In this document: piece after piece, positions 34,259-40,769 of the stretch | Numbering within the stretch: the first letter of the stretch is position 1 | Layout of the letters: each line of letters begins with the position of its first letter | Origin: a virus | IMG/VR virus record: IMGVR_UViG_3300042904_000308 | Location: 51,173-115,172 of that record | Reading direction: 5' to 3' (one strand) | Length of the DNA: 64,000 bases | Position numbers and translations under genes: made by a program | The notes under the pieces: model-generated | The model's input: only the letters and a program-made list of their open reading frames with translations | What the model was told of the DNA's origin: nothing | Database searches by the model: none

Positions 34259-34830
34259 GTTATGGGCACCGCTCACCCGTAGCACTGCACTCCTCGGGAT
34301 CATGCCCCGCAGCAGTGCAGACCTCGAAACACGCGCCAGACTCCAACCCGACACAATCGCCGCACCACTGATAGCAGTAGCCGTCGAATGGGTCGCAGTA
34401 GGTTGGACCGCCACACACCGAACACGTACCCATCTTTTACCCCTCCTACCCTATGCGCACTTCCCGAGCGTGCCGAACGTCCCATATCGCTAGTTGGTTG
34501 TGTGCCTGAGCCAGGGCCACCGCGTCAGATTTGCGCCGAACATTGACAACGGGATCAATGTAGACCGTCCCGTCATCGTTCCACGTGCCCCAGGTGCCGC
34601 CATCGCTCACCACGCTATCGAGCAGCCCCGCCAGCGTGGATGTATCGTCAATTCGAGCCGTCAGGCTATTGTCAGACAGCCCGACCATGTAACCGCTCGC
34701 ATAATCGAGCAGCCCGCTACCGTCGAAGGTTGCGCCATTGTTGGCGCGGGTCGCCTTGATAATCTCGGATGTCGAGAACATCGTGACTCACTCCCACTTG
34801 CCGAACGTGCCTACCCTGCGGCCAACCCGC

Positions 34831-34876
34831 AGGCACCAGACGGGGCACGCGATACCATGCCCCGTTAGGTGCCTAC
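34831..34876 (-). repeat. intergenic hairpin element, copy 8
   Basis: AGGCACCAG-ACGGGGCA..TGCCCCGT-TAGGTGCCTAC. Confidence 0.9.
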
Positions 34877-35003
34877 TGTACTTCCTGCCTCTACCCTAAT
34901 AGCACGCCACCGATAGAGCCATTGCTGGCGATGGTGTCGAGAATGTCGCGGATATCGTCTGTCATCGTGCCTACCCCTACGCTAGTACCGTGATACCTCA
35001 GTC

Positions 35004-35049
35004 AGGCATCAGACGGGGCACGCGATACCATGCCCCGTTAGGTGCCTAC
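35004..35049 (-). repeat. intergenic hairpin element, copy 9
   Basis: Same inner stem-loop as copies 8 and 10. Confidence 0.9.
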
Positions 35050-35426
35050 TTTGCCGCCACTTTGTCAGAATCGACCAGGCGGATAGTGCCTACTTTGCCG
35101 CCAGTTAGTCAGTTATCCAGCTGGGATTAGCCAGCGCTATCCGTGAGCGTGCCCTACCGTCTGCAACGGTCGTAACCCGCAAGGTGCCATCGTTCCAATT
35201 TGAGACTATCAGCCGCCTACCGTCTGGTAGACCGAGGCTAGCGGTAGCGTCTGGTATCTGTGCAAACGTGGTGGCATTCTCCCACGCGGTGCGGAGCGTT
35301 CTGTACTCGTGAGCGGTGCCGAAACCGTCGCCGTTGTCGTATCTAACTGTGAACATTGCGCCTACTCCTCGACTATGTGCCTACCTTGCGGCCAACCCGC
35401 AAAGTGCCTGCCTATCGGCCATCGCC

Positions 35427-35472
35427 AGACATCAGACGGGGCACGCGATACCATGCCCCGTTAGGTGTCTAC
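35427..35472 (-). repeat. intergenic hairpin element, copy 10
   Basis: AGACATCAG...TAGGTGTCTAC, with a compensatory change in the outer stem. Confidence 0.9.
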
Positions 35473-35474
35473 CC

Positions 35475-36278
35475 CTAGGCCTGAGCCACTACCCCGAAGA
35501 TAGGTAGATGGGATACATGGAACCCGAAACCCGCAAGGTTCCACAGTGTCCATTGGACCGCGAATACTGGCAGTTCGGGAAGTTCAACGCTCGCCCAAAC
35601 CTGCCACGCCTCACTGAGAATCTGGTACGCGGCGTCACTGGTGAATGTCGGGTTTACCGTGGCATCCTCACCCGCCGCGTACAGAGATAGGCGCATCATC
35701 CAAACGTCGAGCGTGAATACTGGCGCGTAGCAGTCCCACAATGCGACCGCCATCGACGAGGTTTTGGCCCCCATGCCGCGTAGGGTAATCAAGCGGTCAA
35801 ACGTCATATCGTCAGCGGTAATTGACTGCAATAGGGGCAGTGCTGCAAATACCGCTTGAGCCTTATTTCGCCAGTACATGAAGCGGCCAGACTCGCCAGA
35901 CTTGAGGGTAACGCGCATGACATCTTCCACGTCACCGACCGTTTGCAGGTTGTCGATGATCGGCGCAATGTTCGCCGCTAGTTCAACGTTGAAATTGAAC
36001 GCCAGTTGCGGCGATAGGATGGCGAACAGCACGCAATGGCGAGCGTATAGCGTGGGATTGTCGAGCCGCATTGATTGCATACGGGTGAGTTCGGCCAGCA
36101 CTGGCGCGGCATTTTCACGCACCAACGCGGATAGATTCACGCTGGAATCAGTCAGACTATCCGCAAGGTTTTGCGCGTGGGTTTTGTTGATTGCCAGCGT
36201 GGGCAGTTCGGATTTGCGAGCGTACGAAACCGTATGCAGATTGCCTACGGAGTGCGGGTTATTGATTGTGCCGAGCAT
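35475..36278 (-). CDS. HhH-superfamily DNA glycosylase/AP lyase-like protein (Ogg-like)
   Basis: AILSPQ, RF.YWRNKA, HhH motif LITLRGMGAKTSSM with Lys, and LDVWMMR carrying the catalytic Asp position. Confidence 0.65.
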   Translation of the reverse strand: MLGTINNPHSVGNLHTVSYARKSELPTLAINKTHAQNLADSLTDSSVNLSALVRENAAPVLAELTRMQSMRLDNPTLYARHCVLFAILSPQLAFNFNVELAANIAPIIDNLQTVGDVEDVMRVTLKSGESGRFMYWRNKAQAVFAALPLLQSITADDMTFDRLITLRGMGAKTSSMAVALWDCYAPVFTLDVWMMRLSLYAAGEDATVNPTFTSDAAYQILSEAWQVWASVELPELPVFAVQWTLWNLAGFGFHVSHLPIFGVVAQA

Positions 36279-36303
36279 TGACTATCTCCCATTCATTGCC
36301 TAG

Positions 36304-36668
36304 TGTCGCCAGCCGCGAAACACTGCCAAACATCCCGTAGGATGCTAGGCAGTGCATAGGCTAGTAGAGTGATTCACTACGTACTAGCCTCACACTGTAT
36401 CCAACCTGCTATTACTAGCAGTCCCTTACCCTAGTAGGTGCTACGCCACTAGGGTAACTTGCGGTTAGCTATTCGCCATCGTGCCTACCGCGATTCACGA
36501 AACTATGGAATATCGCCCCGACTGTTACCAGTGATGTATTGCCGTTTGCCGCTAACCCGCTCGCCTCATTAGGGTAGTGAGTGACTCACTAGGCGAAACC
36601 TACTACCGTGAGGGATAGAGCCAAACTAGCGATACTCGCAGTACCAGTGCTGGTAACGTCTGGCGATA
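36304..36668 (-). ncRNA. large multi-branched structured RNA (early leader domain 2)
   Basis: Closing stem TGTCGCCAG/CTGGCGATA encloses at least six hairpins. There is no ORF. Confidence 0.65.
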
Positions 36669-36692
36669 TGAACTTGTCAAGGTGCTAAGAGA

Positions 36693-36872
36693 ATCTAACC
36701 GAAACCCGAAGGGTCTACGTTCGTACGGAACCGTTCCACGGTAAGCAATGTTTGGACGTTCGCTAGGTTCCTCGCATCGGTTTCGAGCCTAGGCTAGAAA
36801 CCTGACGGGTTAGCGTCCCGAGCGTCAAGGCTTACCCTACTGTGTGAGTGCTGCCGTACGACCGCGTTAGAT
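36693..36872 (-). ncRNA. rod-like structured RNA (early leader domain 1)
   Basis: Nested inverted repeats ATCTAAC/GTTAGAT, CGTACGG/CCGTACG and GGTAAGC/GCTTACC, lying between two boxA-like motifs. Confidence 0.6.
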
Positions 36873-36933
36873 GCAATTTGTAAAGTGCGCGCCCCCTCGT
36901 TGCCGAGTGGCGTTTGTCATTGCTGACACTGGT

Positions 36934-36962
36934 AATCTAGCAAACGCTGATCAGGATGTCAA
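36934..36962 (-). promoter_or_regulatory. sigma70-type major early promoter
   Basis: TTGACA-N17-TAGATT, heading the minus-strand arm. Confidence 0.8.
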
Positions 36963-38479
36963 TACCCTAATTCCAGATGCCCCTACGCGCATATAATGAA
37001 AGCGGCCAGGCCGTTTGCAATGTTGAATATGCAGATAAACATTGGGCAAACGGGGCAATTTGAGGCAATTTTTGAGAATCGTAAAATTGCCTCATATTTG
37101 ACCGCTCATCCCTCACATTATGGCAACCTATCGCCCTGGTCGGCATGGTTCTACGACCTCGTTAGCGGTAGCTATTCGAGCCTGCAATGTGTCGTGAATA
37201 GCAGTCTGGCGTACGCCGCTAGCACGCCGCTAGCAGTGCCCCTACAGTGCCGCTAGTGATGCCCCTAGCCTATCGTGGGAGATGCCCCTATCGTGCCACT
37301 GGTACGCCAGACGGGGCAGGCACGATTCATGAACGGCAATTCACGATAGCCTGGTTTCGTTACTAGGCAGTAAGCAATGGCGGCGGGTTGGTAACTGGCG
37401 AGTAAGGAAGTCGAGCGGGTGAATGTGAACGAGGGTATAGAATGGACGGGTTGGGAGTGAACGAGGGTAAAGTATGGGATTACTAACAGTTCGTCACATA
37501 CGCGGATTATTACCAGTGGGTTAGATATGTGAGCTGCGTTTGTGAATGTGCGGTAAGTGGGTATGTGAACGAGCATAAAGCACATATGTGAACGAACGAT
37601 AAGCGACCAGGCGAGTGCTGACAGTCAACCTAATCACTATTAGGCGGGTTGACACTCCAGACGGGGCTAGAATAGTGCGTACGTACGCGGGTTTAGGGGT
37701 GGCGTGGCCCCTCAAATCCGCTCCATTCGCGCGTTATGTTGACCGCTGCAAGTCACCAAAATAACTGCCCACTATTTTCGCAAATGCGCCTCGTTCAGCT
37801 CCCCCGCCCCGCTCGATTTTCACCGTTTTCGAAGCCGATCTGAGCCGATTTTCGAAATTCCAGGCGGTATTTTCGCCCTGGAAGAAATTCCTGAAAAATT
37901 CGCGCAAAATTTGGCCCTTTCTGGCCCTCTTTTCATTAAACGCCACCAGAGCGTCACTGTTGAGGCCAAAAATGGGCCTGAGAGCCGCGAAATGTCACAC
38001 GAATGACACAGATATCGCGTAGGACGGCCTTTTCGGCCCTGAGGGCAAGAATGAGGCCATACCCCGAGCCTGGGCCTCACCTGCCGTCGGAAATCATGAG
38101 CGCTCTCTCTCGTGACCGAGCGCACCCTGGTCGACGGCTTACTCCTCTCTCTGTGTGTGTACTCTCCCCTATGGAATGGGAGGGGCTCAGGCCAGGGGAT
38201 CGATCCGAGCTCGGACGCCTGCGCAGGCAGCTGGTACGGATTGTGCTATAACGCTGATTGCTAGGAGAGCTGGCTGCAACAGCTGTCCTGGTACAGCCAG
38301 AGGCGAGAAGCGTCACCCGAGCTCAGGGTGGCGCTTCTTTAGCTCGACCAGAAAACGTACGTTGACCCTGCTAACGTACGCTTTATTAGAACGAAGGTTC
38401 TCTAGTACTATACCTATATTAGATATATAGGGCCGATTTCCTGAAACCCCAGCTCCCGCCTAGGCATTTGGGAAATGGG

Positions 38480-38543
38480 GTGGTCAATGACTGACCACTT
38501 ACTGGTCAATGACTGACCACCTGTAAGAAAAAGCTGACAGGTG
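38480..38543. repeat. tandem palindromic 18-bp repeats (operator or origin iterons)
   Basis: TGGTCAATGACTGACCAC at 38481 and 38503 (22-bp period), next to an AT-rich tract at 38401-38430. Confidence 0.6.
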
Positions 38544-38580
38544 ATCGGGCCGTTGACATAGGGTATTGGGGTTGTTTTAG

Positions 38581-39003
38581 ATGCAGGGTGCGTGTATTAT
38601 GAACAGTGAGCTTACCGAATCAGACCCAATTTCCGATTCGCTTCAAAAAAAGGTAAGTTTGGAGGATGCTGTGACGATATTAATAGTGGAGGTAGGTGGA
38701 CGACCGTTCAAGGTCTTCGGAAGCGAGAAGGTCTGCCCTACGTGTGGCGAGACGAAGCCGATTGATGACTTCACGGTGAACGCCCGAGCCACGGACGGCC
38801 ACCACTGGGAGTGCCGCGTCTGCAAGAGCAGGCGTGACAGCAAGAGTTACGAGCGCCACCGACAGAAGCGAATCGAGATGTCGAAGCGCTACAGAGAGGA
38901 GCATCCCGACAAGCACAGAAAGTACAGCCGCGACTACAAACGTCGGAAGCGGCTGGAGGAGCGCGAGAAGCGGATACGCGAGCTGGGCCTCAAGCCCTGG
39001 TAG
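38581..39003 (+). CDS. Zn-finger basic protein (HNH/EndoVII-associated N-terminal type); true start may be GTG 38686
   Basis: KVCPTCGETKPIDDF...ECRVC. Confidence 0.6.
   Translation: MQGACIMNSELTESDPISDSLQKKVSLEDAVTILIVEVGGRPFKVFGSEKVCPTCGETKPIDDFTVNARATDGHHWECRVCKSRRDSKSYERHRQKRIEMSKRYREEHPDKHRKYSRDYKRRKRLEEREKRIRELGLKPW
38655..38688 (+). promoter_or_regulatory. phage-specific promoter-like motif, copy 3, heading the plus-strand arm
   Basis: AAGTTT-N9-TGTGACGATATTAATAGTG. Confidence 0.7.
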
Positions 39004-39134
39004 GTGCCTTCGGGTGCCTGCATTCAGGAGTGGTGAGGAGCGGAGCCATCATCCGTTTGCCAGCCAGCCGCGATCAAACTGACTATTGTCACCGACCGCT
39101 CGCCACTCCTGATTTCAGGTACCCGCCAAGTACC
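39003..39134 (+). ncRNA. putative structured RNA with long closing stem
   Basis: CGGGTGCCTG/CAGGTACCCG and TCAGGAGTGGTGAG/CTCGCCACTCCTGA; intergenic. Confidence 0.5.
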
Positions 39135-39586
39135 GTTGTTTCTGCGGTTGCGGACGGGGGTGTGAGCCTCCAGAGGAACGCAGCCCCATCATAGGTCATG
39201 ATGTGTATGTTCCTGTGTCTCGCCCCTGTTCGTAATTGCACCTTGAGGAGCTTTCCATGTACGCCGACTGCCAGCACTGCGGCACCCAGCACGACCGTCA
39301 CGGACGAGCGCACCACTGCATTTCGTGCGGTGCCCCCTTGCGTTTCGAGGAGCAGCAGTCGGTGATCTATAACGTCACCTTTAATGAATCCGCCCCGCCG
39401 ACCACCTCGACCGAGGATGATAAGGCCGCTCGGGAATACCAGAACGCTCGGGTGATCGCCTGGGGCATTCTGCTGATCCTGCTCGCCTACGCTACGTTTG
39501 TCTACTAGGGGAGGCCCAGGCCAAGGGCGCTCACTGAGCGTGGCCTGTGTATTAGTTGTTTCTGAGCTAGTTTCGCGGAGATATAC

Positions 39587-39925
39587 ATGTACGAATTGAA
39601 CTGGTACAAGGCGACCGTCGTGCGGCACGTTGATGCGGACACGACGGTCGTCGACATTGACCCTGGCTTCGATCTGACGATTCGCAAGACGGTGCGCTGG
39701 GCGGGGATCGATGCCGCCGAGCGGTTTACGCCCGAGGGACAGGCCGCGCTGGCCTATGTGGAGCAGATGATGCCTGTCGGCTCGACGGTGATCATGAAGA
39801 GCGCCAAGAGCACGCGGGACAAGTACGGTCGCTACCTCGCGAGGTTCTTTGGCGATAACGGCAAGCCACTCGACGTGGAGCTGGTCGAGAAAGGCTGGGC
39901 CGTTGCGTACGTCGGGCGGCAATAA
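39587..39925 (+). CDS. thermonuclease (SNase-like)
   Basis: VDADT, RWAGIDAAE, DKYGRYLA and LVEKGWA. Confidence 0.85.
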   Translation: MYELNWYKATVVRHVDADTTVVDIDPGFDLTIRKTVRWAGIDAAERFTPEGQAALAYVEQMMPVGSTVIMKSAKSTRDKYGRYLARFFGDNGKPLDVELVEKGWAVAYVGRQ

Positions 39926-39986
39926 GTTTCGGAAGAGTTGGATATCGAGAATCGTTCTGGCGAATGACGTGACAGCGGAGGTAATT

Positions 39987-40769
39987 ATGGATTTTGTTCA
40001 ATTGCGGGAAGCGCTCGCGGATTTCGAGCACGCTCGCTGGTCGGACTGGCAGGAGTGGGTCCACGGTCGCTGTGTCCAGAATGACGACGGCTCCCTGACG
40101 ATCCCTGCCGAGGACGTCGAGCGCTGGAACAGGCAGATCGAGACGGACTACCTGGAGCTCTCGGAGGAGGAGAAGGACTCCGACCGCAAGCAGGTTGATC
40201 GCTACCTGCACCTGATCGAGGACTTCATCATTGATGCGGTGCAGGAGCAGGCCGAGCAGCTGACGCAGACGGATGTCTCGCCGCGTGAGCAGAGCCTGCG
40301 AACCCACAACCAGCTGCTCAGGCAGCGCTATCAGGGGGTTTCCGTCGATGTGGAGGAGTTGCGCAAGCTGCGCACAGAGGTCGAGCGCCTGAAGGCCGAG
40401 AGGGCGAACCTGAACAGCTACATCGAAAACAGGCTGGAGCCTGAGAAGGAACGGCTGCAGGAAGCGCGTGAACGGCTCTGGAAGCAGATGGACGAGGCGG
40501 TTGAGGAGCCCGAGTTGCGCGAGCGGTTCGAGCAGCTCCAGATGGAGTCGAGAGAAGCTCGGGTGCTGATGAACAGCCTACTCGTGTTCTTTGACCACGT
40601 GCGGGACGAGAACCGCCGTCTGTGGGATTTGGTCAACGCGCAGCGGGTCAACCTCGCCACACCATCCCCTGAGATGGGGCGGCTGGGTGAGCTGCTGCTT
40701 GAGCTTGACAGACCTGCGCCTGCGCCTCCCGACGATGAGGACGAGTGGCCCGACTGGGAGGAGGACTGA
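39987..40769 (+). CDS. RyR-like domain plus coiled-coil protein
   Basis: EHARWSDW...YLELSEEEKDSDR. Start reassigned to the ATG after GGAGG. Confidence 0.5.
   Translation: MDFVQLREALADFEHARWSDWQEWVHGRCVQNDDGSLTIPAEDVERWNRQIETDYLELSEEEKDSDRKQVDRYLHLIEDFIIDAVQEQAEQLTQTDVSPREQSLRTHNQLLRQRYQGVSVDVEELRKLRTEVERLKAERANLNSYIENRLEPEKERLQEARERLWKQMDEAVEEPELRERFEQLQMESREARVLMNSLLVFFDHVRDENRRLWDLVNAQRVNLATPSPEMGRLGELLLELDRPAPAPPDDEDEWPDWEED

Larger units (their letters stand above)
27008..35356 (-). other. early cassette-like array of small hypothetical CDSs separated by repeated hairpin elements
   Basis: For example 27008-27205, 27218-27427, 27823-28053, 28093-28401, 30220-30333, 30330-30608, 31840-32052, 32617-32868, 32949-33095, 33709-33915, 33995-34164, 34260-34433, 34446-34781 and 35105-35356. 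Confidence 0.6.

Noticed and set aside
27754-35472. Repeats as a CRISPR array
   Set aside because: Spacing is irregular (about 130 bp to 2.4 kb), the intervening sequences are genes, the repeat interiors vary, and there are no cas genes.
24000-35500. TAG stop-codon reassignment
   Set aside because: TAGs are followed by an RBS and a new start, conserved genes are uninterrupted, and no suppressor tRNA is seen.
62-36303. Long plus-strand ORFs in the left arm (e.g. 14156-15187, 28516-29802) and minus-strand ORFs in the right arm (e.g. 48339-49208, 60958-61893)
   Set aside because: These are antisense shadows of real genes in GC-rich DNA, with no RBS or recognisable motifs.
37648-37680. Plus-strand sigma70 promoter TTGACA...TAGAAT
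   Set aside because: The spacer is only 13 nt. The TTGACA at ~38553 also lacks a well-spaced -10 box.
36996-38430. Tracked ORFs in the central non-coding region
   Set aside because: Atypical composition, no RBS, and overlap with repeats and A-tracts.
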